This document shows, one piece after another, positions 8,685 to 17,909 of a stretch of 37,579 bases of DNA. The stretch is from a virus. Its lineage: Duplodnaviria; Heunggongvirae; Uroviricota; Caudoviricetes. The DNA lies in IMG/VR virus record IMGVR_UViG_2541047812_000004, positions 1 to 37,579 of that record; one strand, given 5' to 3'. A model generated the notes under the pieces. It saw only the letters and a program-made list of their open reading frames with translations, did no database searches and was not told the origin of the DNA. Each line of letters starts with the position of its first letter. The stretch's first letter is position 1. The translations under genes were made by a program, and so were the position numbers.

Positions 8685-10763
8685 ATGCTAATTTTAGAAA
8701 CAACATATAAGTTTTTATCCACCTCGTTAAGGCTTTCTATGAGCAGTTTCTTTTATATCCAGCCTGATTTAAAAAATGATACAAATGCTGATTTTTTGAA
8801 CTCTGTTGAAGAGTATGCAAATACTCATCAAATGCAGATTTATGCAATAATGAATCCCTTAGGGGAAAATAAATATAAATATAATAGAGACGATGTTCTT
8901 ATTATATTAAGCCCAGGATACCAATTAGCGTTCGTTGCTTTTAGTGATGATGTTGATGGTATACAAAATTTTATAGAGGATTTTATAGAGGATTTAGGTT
9001 CCTTATCAGATAAATACAATTATAAAGATACAATTGGTAGGCCTCGAGCGTGGAAAGATAAACTTGTTACTGAGTGCTCATACGCTGATTTTAGTTTCGG
9101 TAATCTTGATAAGTTTTTTGATGAAATTAAAATTATTGATGGTGTTCTGGCTAAAAAGAGTGAGTTAATTATCTCTCTCTTAACAGGAAGTATCAATAAT
9201 ATTGATAAAGTTAAAGGCAATGTGCCAGATAATATACTTGACAAGGTTAAGCAAAAGATAATTTTGTTTGACGGAGATCAGACAAGGTTTGTATACCAAA
9301 AATTTGATAAGAAAAAAGTTGTTATTCAAGGATTATCAGGTACTGGTAAGACTGAACTATTGCTTCATAAGTTAAAGGAAATATATTTGGATAAGGAGAA
9401 TTTAAATAGTAAAATAATGTTTACGTGCCATAATAAAATATTGGCAGACAATATGAGAAAGAGAATTCCAGAGTTTTTCAACTTTATGAAGGTCGAGCAG
9501 CAGATTAGCTGGAATGAAAGACTTTGGTGTGTTAATGCATGGGGTTCTCAATATGACGGTAACTCTGGCGCATATAGATATATATGTGAATATTATGGAT
9601 TAAGTTTCTATCGTTTTAGCTATGTGATGACTTTCGATAAAGTATGTAGAATTGCGTTGGATGAACTAAAAAAGTTGCCAAGCAATGAATTTAAGCATTG
9701 CTTTGACTTTATGTTAATAGATGAAAGTCAGGATTTCCCATCAAGCTTCATTGAGCTTTGCGAGCTGGTAACTCGTGATACTATTTATGTTGCTGGTGAT
9801 ATATTTCAAAGTATATTTGATACTAATATCTCTAATGAGATACAGCCAGACTTTCTTCTAAGTAAATGCTACCGAACAGATCCAAGGACATTGATGTTTG
9901 CTCATGGTTTAGGTATGGGGCTATTTGAAGAAGAACCATTAACTTGGTTAATGAATAATGAATGGGAAGCCTGCGGTTATATAGTTGATGAATCGGTAAA
10001 AGGTAAGTTAAGATTAAAGAGAGAGCCACTAAGAAGATTTGAAGATGTAACGGATGCAAAAATACATAGTGTGGAATTAATTAATTCCACATATGAAACT
10101 GAAGAAGAGAATATTTTGGGTATACTCCGTAAAATTAAGGAGGAGAATCCTACTGTTTTGGCTGATGATATTGGTATCATCTTTATTGATCAGGCTAAGA
10201 CTATATTTAAAATCGCAGACAGACTTGAATTGAGCGTGCCTAGATTATTAGGATGGAAGGTTAATAAGGCATATGAAACAAAAGAAAAAATTAAAGACAC
10301 GTTATTCATAAGTAATAAAAACCATGTAAAAGGGTTGGAGTTTCCTTTTGTTATCTGTGTTACTCGTGATATTATCAAGAGCCATTCTTATCGAAATTCA
10401 CTATATATGATGTTAACTCGTTCCTTTATTAAGTCATATTTGCTTCTGGGAGATGGGAATAAAGACTTACAGAATGAGATAGAAAAGGGGTTAGATGCTA
10501 TTAATGAGCATGGTTATATGGATATTAACGTTCCACCGAGAGAAGTCATTTCAAAAATAAGAACAACAATCAAATATGATGAGAAAAATATATCTCATTA
10601 TGATTTGGTTACAAAGGTCTTCGATGACTTACAGATTGAGCCGATATTTCGTACATCCCTGTATAATACAGTAAAAACAATCATGCCTGATTCTTTTGAT
10701 GTCGATAAAATTACTACTCTTGTTCGGTTCAACTATGAAATAATGCTTCAGGAGTCGAAGTGA
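8685..10763 (+). CDS. SF1 (UvrD/Rep-like) helicase-family P-loop NTPase with unknown ~200-aa N-terminal domain; candidate defence protein
   Basis: Helicase motifs read from translation: I GLSGTGKT, II FMLIDESQDF, III VAGDIFQSIF, IV CYRTDPRTL, VI VKGLEFPFVIC. AT-rich. Alternative start ATG 8739 (MSSFFY..., RBS TAAGG) may be the true start. Confidence 0.75.
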   Translation: MLILETTYKFLSTSLRLSMSSFFYIQPDLKNDTNADFLNSVEEYANTHQMQIYAIMNPLGENKYKYNRDDVLIILSPGYQLAFVAFSDDVDGIQNFIEDFIEDLGSLSDKYNYKDTIGRPRAWKDKLVTECSYADFSFGNLDKFFDEIKIIDGVLAKKSELIISLLTGSINNIDKVKGNVPDNILDKVKQKIILFDGDQTRFVYQKFDKKKVVIQGLSGTGKTELLLHKLKEIYLDKENLNSKIMFTCHNKILADNMRKRIPEFFNFMKVEQQISWNERLWCVNAWGSQYDGNSGAYRYICEYYGLSFYRFSYVMTFDKVCRIALDELKKLPSNEFKHCFDFMLIDESQDFPSSFIELCELVTRDTIYVAGDIFQSIFDTNISNEIQPDFLLSKCYRTDPRTLMFAHGLGMGLFEEEPLTWLMNNEWEACGYIVDESVKGKLRLKREPLRRFEDVTDAKIHSVELINSTYETEEENILGILRKIKEENPTVLADDIGIIFIDQAKTIFKIADRLELSVPRLLGWKVNKAYETKEKIKDTLFISNKNHVKGLEFPFVICVTRDIIKSHSYRNSLYMMLTRSFIKSYLLLGDGNKDLQNEIEKGLDAINEHGYMDINVPPREVISKIRTTIKYDEKNISHYDLVTKVFDDLQIEPIFRTSLYNTVKTIMPDSFDVDKITTLVRFNYEIMLQESK

Positions 10764-11389
10764 ATAAAGAGTATTATTTTAGTCTGGAGCAGGCTCAGTG
10801 TGACTGGGCCTTTAAGCCAATACGAACAAAGAAAGATGTTATTGAAATATTGATGAGATTAATCAAACTAATTTCTGTTTATACAGAACCATGCGAACAG
10901 AATGTGGTTGGGAGAGTGAAACTTCATATATCAAAGATGAGTCGAGTTTTCTTCTTTAGTGAAAATAAATATTATTCTCTTGCATTTCCTTTTTTTCTTG
11001 ATGAAATTAATGGTCAGATTTTATTTAGTAGTCCAGAAATGGAGTGTATAGATAGTTTTGTAACATCAAAAGTCATTTCTTTTATTAATGACTCCTCTTA
11101 TTTGAATAGTTCTTCTTGGGCCTTTTTTGAACCATTGTTAAATATTGAAGAACATCAAGGTATTCCCGGGTTTTGGCCTTTTCTTAGAATGTTGTTAACT
11201 TATGAGGATGGTTATATTAGATATGATGTCGATGAAGAAAGGGCTAATGGAAATCGTCATCCATTATATCATTTCGACGTCTTTTATTCTAATCCGCCAA
11301 CGTTTAAAATTGGTTTGAATGCACATTATACAAATGATGAAATGATTGATTTTCTTGATAGGGAAACTGATTGTCGTTATTTGAAATGA
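10760..11389 (+). CDS. Hypothetical protein (209 aa), partner of the helicase-like gene
   Basis: GTG start at 10760 overlaps upstream stop (GTGA) with AGGAG 5 nt upstream; translational coupling. AT-rich; no recognisable motif. Confidence 0.6.
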   Translation: MNKEYYFSLEQAQCDWAFKPIRTKKDVIEILMRLIKLISVYTEPCEQNVVGRVKLHISKMSRVFFFSENKYYSLAFPFFLDEINGQILFSSPEMECIDSFVTSKVISFINDSSYLNSSSWAFFEPLLNIEEHQGIPGFWPFLRMLLTYEDGYIRYDVDEERANGNRHPLYHFDVFYSNPPTFKIGLNAHYTNDEMIDFLDRETDCRYLK

Positions 11390-11390
11390 T

Positions 11391-11422
11391 AAAATTTAGC
11401 TGGCATTAGCCAGCTAAATTTT
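11391..11422. terminator. Bidirectional hairpin terminator between convergent genes
   Basis: Perfect 14-bp inverted repeat aaaatttagctggc / gccagctaaatttt with 4-nt loop, exactly between the partner-gene stop (11389) and the Q stop (11426). Confidence 0.65.
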
Positions 11423-11425
11423 AAT

Positions 11426-12457
11426 TTACATCGTCAATGAGTAATTTTTGAATTGTATTACTGTATTGTCTAACCAATTATTTATTTCTTCGAGTATTTT
11501 TTGTAATGGAATAAGCTCATTACGCACAAATACATTCGCCGCCTTCTCCACATCCCCAAACCCTCCAACATTATTCGGCATAATCCCCATCATTTGCGGC
11601 GGCACGCGGTGCGCAGCCATCATGTCATCACGGCTCACGTTCTTGATATTCAGAAACTCATCCTTCGCCGCGACCTCTGACAACGGGATGATCTGAAGCC
11701 CGTCCTTTTTGCCGTTAGGCGAGTACATAAACAGGTTGCGGAAGTTGCCAGGGCCTTTGGCGCTTTTCATCGCATTGCGGAGGTTGTTCACATCCTCCTG
11801 GTTCTGCGCAGCGTCGGTCATGTACATGATGAAGCCAGCATGACTGCCGTTAATGTAATACTTTCGACGGAACAGCGTGGCGGACTCATTGAGCAGGGCG
11901 GACGGAATGGCAGAAAGATAGCCGGGCAGGCCGTAGATCTCCTGGTTAATGTCCGGTTCCATCAGATGAAAAATGCTGCCTTTCGTGAACTGATACGGCT
12001 GGGTTGTCATACCGTATTGCACAAACCAGTAGGTATCCAGGTCTAACCCGCGTCGGGTGTATTTTGCCAGAGCAGGCTCAAGGGCGATAACTTCACCGAA
12101 GCGGTTCGTGCGTTTCTCCAGGTAGGCGTTACCAAATACCAGATAGTCCTGCACAAAACGGGTAAATGCCTGCTGGCTGAGCAGCGGGTGGGGGATGTAG
12201 GTACTGGTCAGAATGTTGCATTTCACCGCAATTGGTGAACTGTGATGCACGGCGGCGCGGAAGGTGCGCGCCAGTCCGTCAAAGCTTACTGGCGGCTCAT
12301 ACCAGCGATCTGTCTGTACGCATTCCACATAGTCCAGTAGTTCGCGGCGGTCCAGAACAGGAACGGGATCACCGAAGCTGAATGCTTCGGCTGTAGTTTG
12401 ACTTTTATGCTGGATCTGGTTCGTCGACGCAGCGCGGTTCTTCTTACTCTTTCCCAT
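11426..12457 (-). CDS. Q: Portal protein (P2 gpQ-like)
   Basis: About 343 aa, convergent on the cargo; ATG at 12457 overlaps the P stop; size and order match P2 Q. Confidence 0.85.
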   Translation of the reverse strand: MGKSKKNRAASTNQIQHKSQTTAEAFSFGDPVPVLDRRELLDYVECVQTDRWYEPPVSFDGLARTFRAAVHHSSPIAVKCNILTSTYIPHPLLSQQAFTRFVQDYLVFGNAYLEKRTNRFGEVIALEPALAKYTRRGLDLDTYWFVQYGMTTQPYQFTKGSIFHLMEPDINQEIYGLPGYLSAIPSALLNESATLFRRKYYINGSHAGFIMYMTDAAQNQEDVNNLRNAMKSAKGPGNFRNLFMYSPNGKKDGLQIIPLSEVAAKDEFLNIKNVSRDDMMAAHRVPPQMMGIMPNNVGGFGDVEKAANVFVRNELIPLQKILEEINNWLDNTVIQFKNYSLTM

Positions 12458-14223
12458 CAAAAAATCTCCACAATATTACTGGTATTGGCGGACTCGCCCT
12501 GCAGTGGTTCGTTAAACAGTGCGTGCATTGTTGCCCAGGCCAGATCGGCGTGGCTGGCTTCTTCGCTGCGGCTGGCTTCATAGGTCGGGCGGTTGCCACT
12601 GGCGGTGGTGGAGCGACGGATTGCCATAAAGGACTGCGCTATGTCGGTGTGTCCGGCGTCAAACTCCAGACGGCGGTGGCTGATAATGTCGTAGGCCTTG
12701 AGTACCAGGGCGTTTTTAACGTTGGGGTTGTAGACAAACTCCCGGACGGCAGGAAAGAACGCTTTCACGTTCTCGTAAACTCCGTGACCGACACCTGTCG
12801 AGTCGATACCGATATAGGTCACGTTGTACTGTTCGGTCAGTTTTTTGATGGCGTCAGCCTGGGCGCGGAAGTCCATCCCGCGCCACTGGTAACGCTCAAG
12901 AATGCGAAACTTACCGCCTGGCACGGCTGGCGGTGCCACCACCACGCATCCGGCGCTGTCGCCGTTCTGCGTACCTTTTGCCGGGTCATAACCGATCCAC
13001 ACTTCGCGCCAGCCAAACGGGCGCAGGGCCAGAGCATGAAAGTCGGTCCAGACTTCCCAACTGTCCACCATGCACGCCTGCAGCTCGCTGAGCGGGAACA
13101 CGGACGCGAGATCGTCCACGAACTCACACATCAGCAGGTTCTGGTATTCGTCCGGGCTGTATTCCATGCGCAACTGGTCAAGGTCGAACAGGTTACAGCC
13201 GCCGCGCACCGCATCTTCCACGGTGACTATCTGGCGGTATTGCCCGTCTGCGCACAGCAGGCCGGGGGCCAGATTGCTGTGGGACAGGTCGATGTCCACC
13301 TTGTCAGCTTTGTTGCGTCCACGGTTGAACAGCGCACCGGACCAGAACGGATAAGCACTGTGGGTCAGGCTGGATGGCGTGGAAAAATAGGTTTGTCGCC
13401 ATTTCTTGTGAATAGCCATCCCGGAAGCCACTTTGCGCAGCTCCTGGAATTTCGGTATCCAGAAATATTCATCCAGATACAGGTTGCCGTGATAACTCTG
13501 GGCCGTGCGGGCATTGGTGCCGAGGAAGTAAAGCGTGGCTCCGTTAGGAAGCACCATCGGATCGCCTTTTAGCTCCACCTCGACTTCTTTGGCGAAGTCG
13601 ATGATGTATTGTTTAAAGACGTGGGCCTGAGCTTTACTGGCAGAAAGGAAAATCTGGTTACGTCCAGTAAGCAGGGCGTCAATCAGGGCTTCACGGGCAA
13701 AATAGAAGGTCGCGCCGATCTGGCGAGACTTCAGCAGGTTGCGGATGCGGTTGGTTTTTCCGGCTTCCCACCAGTGGCGCTGGTAGTTGAACATGGAGGA
13801 ATGGAAGATTTCTTCCAGCTTCTCAATCTGTTCATCGGTGAAGACATTCTTTTCCGGCTGACGGCGTGGGCCTTTGTTGCGGTTGGCGACGTTAGGGTTT
13901 AAGTCGGCTTCGTTGCCGCCATTGTTAAACTTGCCGATCCGCGCGTGGCGCTCTGACTGGCGCGCCAGCAGGTCAATCTCTTTGAAATCTTTCCCTTCTT
14001 TGTGCTCCTTCATAATGAGCTGGCAGTAGCGGGCGGCGGTGGTGAGCTGCATCTGATCCAGTGGCCCATAGTCACCCCACTTGTCGCGTTTCTTCCAGCT
14101 GTGAACAGTTGCAACTTTCTCGCCCAGCATTTCAGCAATGCGGGCTACGCGGTATCCCTGAAAGTACAGCAGCATGGCCTGCCGACGGGGATCGAGATCT
14201 GCGGGTGTCAGTGTGGTGTTCAT
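12457..14223 (-). CDS. P: Terminase large subunit (P2 gpP-like)
   Basis: 588 aa; ATG at 14223; position divergent from O as in P2. Confidence 0.85.
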   Translation of the reverse strand: MNTTLTPADLDPRRQAMLLYFQGYRVARIAEMLGEKVATVHSWKKRDKWGDYGPLDQMQLTTAARYCQLIMKEHKEGKDFKEIDLLARQSERHARIGKFNNGGNEADLNPNVANRNKGPRRQPEKNVFTDEQIEKLEEIFHSSMFNYQRHWWEAGKTNRIRNLLKSRQIGATFYFAREALIDALLTGRNQIFLSASKAQAHVFKQYIIDFAKEVEVELKGDPMVLPNGATLYFLGTNARTAQSYHGNLYLDEYFWIPKFQELRKVASGMAIHKKWRQTYFSTPSSLTHSAYPFWSGALFNRGRNKADKVDIDLSHSNLAPGLLCADGQYRQIVTVEDAVRGGCNLFDLDQLRMEYSPDEYQNLLMCEFVDDLASVFPLSELQACMVDSWEVWTDFHALALRPFGWREVWIGYDPAKGTQNGDSAGCVVVAPPAVPGGKFRILERYQWRGMDFRAQADAIKKLTEQYNVTYIGIDSTGVGHGVYENVKAFFPAVREFVYNPNVKNALVLKAYDIISHRRLEFDAGHTDIAQSFMAIRRSTTASGNRPTYEASRSEEASHADLAWATMHALFNEPLQGESANTSNIVEIF

Positions 14224-14269
14224 GGCACAAACCTACAGCCTTGAATGAAGGCTTTCCCCGCCTGCGGTT

Positions 14270-14287
14270 TGTGTGGTTGTCGGTACA
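14270..14287. promoter_or_regulatory. Ogr-type late promoter activator site (TGT-N12-ACA) in divergent P/O region
   Basis: tgtgtggttgtcggtaca = TGT-N12-ACA dyad between divergent P (start 14223) and O (start 14365). Confidence 0.6.
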
Positions 14288-14364
14288 AATACCGCGCATT
14301 GTTTCACTGCCCCCATCACCGCAACCATAAGGCTCCAGTAAGTTTTTCTAACGGAGCACGGCTC

Positions 14365-15198
14365 ATGACAGTGAAAGCAAAGCGTTTTCGCATCGGGGTG
14401 GAAGGTGCCACCACCGACGGACGCGAAATCCAGCGTGAATGGCTGGAACAGATGGCAGCCAGCTACAACCCGGCGGTGTATACCGCGCTGATTAACCTTG
14501 AGCACATCAAGTCTTATCTGCCGGACAGCACCTTTAACCGCTACGGCAAGGTGACGGCGCTGTTTGCTGAAGAAATCACGGAAGGTCCGCTGGCAGGCAA
14601 GATGGCGCTGTATGCCGACGTTGAGCCAACGGAGTCCCTGGTGGAGCTGGTGAAAAAAGGCCAGAAATTATTCACCTCTATGGAAGTCAGCCCGAAGTTC
14701 GCTGATACGGGCAAAGCCTACCTGGTTGGCCTGGCTGCCACTGATGATCCAGCCAGTCTGGGTACGGAAATGCTGACATTCAGCGCCAGTGCAGCCCAAA
14801 ACCCGCTGGCAAACCGCAAGCAGAATCCCGCTAATCTTTTTACCGCTGCAGAGGAAACGGTGATCGAACTGGAAGAAGTCCAGGATGACAAACCGTCCCT
14901 TTTTGCCCGCGTCACGGCGCTGTTCACCAAAAAAGAGCAGTCAGACGATACCCGGTTCTCTGATGTGCATAAGGCCGTGGAGCTGGTCGCCACTGAGCAG
15001 CAAAACCTGAGTGCGCGCACCGAAAAATCCCTGTCTGAACAGGAAGAACGCCTGTCTGAGCTGGAGACAGCCCTGCAGGCACAGCTGACCGCCTTTAACG
15101 AACTGGTGAATAAGCTGAGTCATGAAGACAGCCGCCAGGACTACCGCCAGCGTGCAACAGGCGGTAACGCCCCCGCTGACACTCTGACCAATTGCTGA
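14365..15198 (+). CDS. O: Capsid scaffolding protein (P2 gpO-like)
   Basis: ATG at 14365 (MTVKAKRFRIGVEGATTDGREI), RBS ACGGAG; upstream part of the track ORF rejected. Confidence 0.85.
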   Translation: MTVKAKRFRIGVEGATTDGREIQREWLEQMAASYNPAVYTALINLEHIKSYLPDSTFNRYGKVTALFAEEITEGPLAGKMALYADVEPTESLVELVKKGQKLFTSMEVSPKFADTGKAYLVGLAATDDPASLGTEMLTFSASAAQNPLANRKQNPANLFTAAEETVIELEEVQDDKPSLFARVTALFTKKEQSDDTRFSDVHKAVELVATEQQNLSARTEKSLSEQEERLSELETALQAQLTAFNELVNKLSHEDSRQDYRQRATGGNAPADTLTNC

Positions 15199-15214
15199 TG
15201 GAGCACAAAACCTG

Positions 15215-16273
15215 ATGAAGAAGAATACCCGCTTTGCTTTTAACGCTTACCTGCAGCAGCTGGCGCGTCTGAACGGTGTGGCAGTTGAAGAACTGTCCAG
15301 CAAGTTCACCGTGGAGCCGTCCGTGCAGCAGACACTGGAAGACCAGATCCAGCAGTCCGCCGCTTTCCTGACGCTGATTAACGTCACGCCAGTGACTGAG
15401 CAGTCCGGTCAGCTGCTGGGGCTGGGTGTTGGCAGCACCATTGCTGGAACCACTGATACCACCGCGAAAGAGCGTGAGCCTGTCGATCCGACGCTGATGG
15501 TCGATGTGGAATACAAATGCGAGCAGACCAACTTTGACACGGTGCTGACCTACGCGAAGCTGGATCTGTGGGCGAAGTTTCAGGATTTCCAGGTGCGCAT
15601 CCGTGACGCCATCGTGAAACGTCAGGCACTGGACCGCATCATGATCGGCTTTAACGGCGTGAAGCGTGCGAAAACCTCCAACCGTAGCGAAAACCCGCTG
15701 CTGCAGGATGTGAACAAAGGCTGGTTGCAGAAAATCCGTGAGGATGCACCGGATCACGTCATGGGCAGCACCACCACGGGCGGTGAAACCACACCGGGTG
15801 CGGTGAAAGTCGGGAAAGGTGGAGAATATGCCAACCTGGACGCCGTGGTGATGGATGCGGTCAATGAGCTTATCGACGTGGTCTACCAGGACGATGACGA
15901 TCTGGTGGTGATTTGCGGTCGTGAGCTGCTGTCTGACAAGTATTTCCCGCTGGTCAACAAAGAGCAGGAAAACAGTGAAAAACTGGCTGCCGATATGATC
16001 ATCAGTCAGAAACGCATGGGTGGCCTGCAGGCCGTGCGTGCGCCGTTCTTCCCGCCGAATGCGCTGCTGATCACCCGTCTGGATAACCTGTCCATCTACT
16101 GGCAGGAAGACACCCGCCGCCGTTCAGTTATCGACAACCCGAAACGTGACCGGATTGAAAACTTTGAATCCGTTAACGAAGCCTATGTGGTTGAGGACTA
16201 CCGCTGCGCCGCACTGGTGGAAAACATCCAGATTGGCGATTTCAGCGCCGCTGCAGCAGAAACCGGAGCGTAA
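15215..16273 (+). CDS. N: Major capsid protein (P2 gpN-like)
   Basis: Translation aligns along its length with recalled P2 gpN (KFTVEPSVQQTL..., VGKGGEYANLDA..., ENLSIYWQED...). Confidence 0.9.
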   Translation: MKKNTRFAFNAYLQQLARLNGVAVEELSSKFTVEPSVQQTLEDQIQQSAAFLTLINVTPVTEQSGQLLGLGVGSTIAGTTDTTAKEREPVDPTLMVDVEYKCEQTNFDTVLTYAKLDLWAKFQDFQVRIRDAIVKRQALDRIMIGFNGVKRAKTSNRSENPLLQDVNKGWLQKIREDAPDHVMGSTTTGGETTPGAVKVGKGGEYANLDAVVMDAVNELIDVVYQDDDDLVVICGRELLSDKYFPLVNKEQENSEKLAADMIISQKRMGGLQAVRAPFFPPNALLITRLDNLSIYWQEDTRRRSVIDNPKRDRIENFESVNEAYVVEDYRCAALVENIQIGDFSAAAAETGA

Positions 16274-16276
16274 CCC

Positions 16277-16927
16277 ATGAGCCTGAGTCCCGCACGGCAG
16301 CATCGCCTGCGCGTTCAGGCTGAACAGGCCGCCCGCGAGGGCGGCAGTGTTCGCCACGCGTCGGGCTATGACCTGATGCTGCTGCAACTGGCGGAAGACC
16401 GCCGCCGTCTCAAGGGCGTTCAGTCCACGGTCAAAAAAGCGGAAATCAAGGTGGAGCTGCTGCCGAAGTACGCCGCCTGGGCAGAGGGCGTCCTGGCTGC
16501 CGGAGGCACTCAACAGGATGACGTGCTGATGTACGTGATGCTGTGGCGCATTGATGCCGGAGATTATGCCGGGGCGCTGGAGATCGGGCGTCATGCCCTG
16601 CGTCATGGCTGGGTGATGCCGCTGGGTAACCGCAACATGCAGACCGTGCTGGCAGAGGAAATGGCAGACGCGGCGCAGAGCGCAATGCTTGCCGCCACCG
16701 GCTTCGATGTCGATCTGTTGCTGCAGACGCTGGAGCTGACAGACGGTCTGGATATGCCGGACCAGTCACGGGCGCGTCTGCATAAAGCGATTGGCGCTGT
16801 CCTGAGTGAAAGCAATCCGGCTTCCGCCCTTAATCATCTCAACCATGCGTTACAGCTCGATCCCCGCTGTGGCGTGAAAAAAGACAAACAGCAGCTGGAG
16901 CGCAGACTGCGCAATGACAGCCGCTGA
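16277..16927 (+). CDS. M: Terminase small subunit (P2 gpM-like)
   Basis: Resembles recalled P2 gpM (MYVMLWRIDAGDYAGALEI...); gene order. Confidence 0.85.
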   Translation: MSLSPARQHRLRVQAEQAAREGGSVRHASGYDLMLLQLAEDRRRLKGVQSTVKKAEIKVELLPKYAAWAEGVLAAGGTQQDDVLMYVMLWRIDAGDYAGALEIGRHALRHGWVMPLGNRNMQTVLAEEMADAAQSAMLAATGFDVDLLLQTLELTDGLDMPDQSRARLHKAIGAVLSESNPASALNHLNHALQLDPRCGVKKDKQQLERRLRNDSR

Positions 16928-17022
16928 CAGAACGTGCCCCCGCGCACGGGCGGCACGGGGTGGCGAAAGGCACTGCCACATCAAAACCCCGTCCACCGCC
17001 CTTTATTTCAGGAGAAAGCAGC

Positions 17023-17487
17023 ATGAAGTTTGTTGCGCCAGAACAGGCACCGGAACAGGCGGAAATCATCAGGAATACGCCGTTCTGGCCTGATGTGGAC
17101 CTGTCGGAGTTTCGCAGTGTCATGCGCACTGACGGCACGGTGACGCAGCCGCGTTTAAAGCAGGTTGCCCTGTCGGCAATTTCGGAGGTCAACGCAGAGC
17201 TGTATGAGTTTCGCAGACGCCAGCAGATGCTGGGATATGCCTCGCTGGCAGAGGTTCCGGCAGAACAGCTGGACGGGAAAAGTGAGCGCATTCAGCACTA
17301 TTTCAACGCGGTTTACTGTTGGGCACGCGCCATGCTCAACGAACGTTACCAGGACTATGACGCCACGGCATCCGGTGTGAAGCGGGGCGAGGAACTGGCG
17401 GAAGCCAGCGGTGATTTGTGGCGTGACGCCCGCTGGGCCATCAGCCGGGTGCAGGATGCGCCGCACTGCACAGTGGAGCTTATCTGA
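17023..17487 (+). CDS. L: Capsid completion protein (P2 gpL-like)
   Basis: ATG at 17023 with AGGAG RBS (17010-17014); order after M. Confidence 0.8.
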   Translation: MKFVAPEQAPEQAEIIRNTPFWPDVDLSEFRSVMRTDGTVTQPRLKQVALSAISEVNAELYEFRRRQQMLGYASLAEVPAEQLDGKSERIQHYFNAVYCWARAMLNERYQDYDATASGVKRGEELAEASGDLWRDARWAISRVQDAPHCTVELI

Positions 17488-17690
17488 TGAAAGTGCGTGC
17501 GCATCAGTATGACACGGTGGACGCGCTTTGCTGGCGTCATTACGGGCGCACGCAGGGTGTCACGGAGCAGGTACTGAAGGCAAATCCGGGGCTTGCCGAA
17601 TATGGCCCCTTTTTACCTCACGGGCTGCAGGTGGAGCTGCCGGACATTCCGACCACCACCACCGTGCAGACCGTCCAGCTATGGGACTGA
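17487..17690 (+). CDS. X: Tail protein X (P2 gpX-like)
   Basis: 67 aa, ATG overlaps L stop; size and position match P2 X. Confidence 0.8.
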   Translation: MKVRAHQYDTVDALCWRHYGRTQGVTEQVLKANPGLAEYGPFLPHGLQVELPDIPTTTTVQTVQLWD

Positions 17691-17693
17691 ATT

Positions 17694-17909
17694 ATGACGC
17701 TTGAGCGAATCAGCGCCTTTATCACGTATTGCATCGCCGTCGTGCTGGCCTGGCTGGGCGATTTGTCCATCAAGGATGCCTCAACGCTGGGCGGCCTGAT
17801 GATCGGTGTGCTGATGCTGGCTATCAACTGGTACTACAAACACAAAGCCTACCAGCTTCTGCGCGACGGGCAGATCTCGCGGGAGGACTATGAATCCATC
17901 AATCGTTAA
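17694..17909 (+). CDS. Putative pinholin (71 aa, two predicted TM segments)
   Basis: Two hydrophobic stretches (ISAFITYCIAVVLAWLG and LGGLMIGVLMLAINWYY) with charged C-terminus; immediately upstream of the endolysin. Confidence 0.65.
   Translation: MTLERISAFITYCIAVVLAWLGDLSIKDASTLGGLMIGVLMLAINWYYKHKAYQLLRDGQISREDYESINR

Noticed and set aside
8470-8706. 78-aa minus-strand ORF in the GC-rich gap between the DinI-like gene and the AT-rich cargo
   Set aside because: No RBS, crosses the sharp compositional boundary, and overlaps the predicted terminator; more likely non-coding boundary sequence or a decayed remnant.
8685-10763. Identity of the 692-aa cargo protein with P2 Old, or the pair with PARIS (AriA/AriB)
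   Set aside because: Old and AriA are ABC-type ATPases (Old with a TOPRIM domain); this protein instead has SF1 helicase motifs III, IV and VI and no TOPRIM-like acidic motif that I can see.
12523-13572. 349-aa plus-strand ORF
   Set aside because: Lies entirely antisense within the terminase large-subunit gene; Gly/Ala/Val/Arg-rich low-complexity translation typical of a spurious reverse-frame ORF in GC-rich coding DNA.
15095-15757. 220-aa minus-strand ORF
   Set aside because: Antisense within the major capsid gene N, whose protein identity is clear.
16124-16606. 160-aa minus-strand ORF and other short antisense ORFs across N/M
   Set aside because: Antisense to well-supported capsid and terminase genes.
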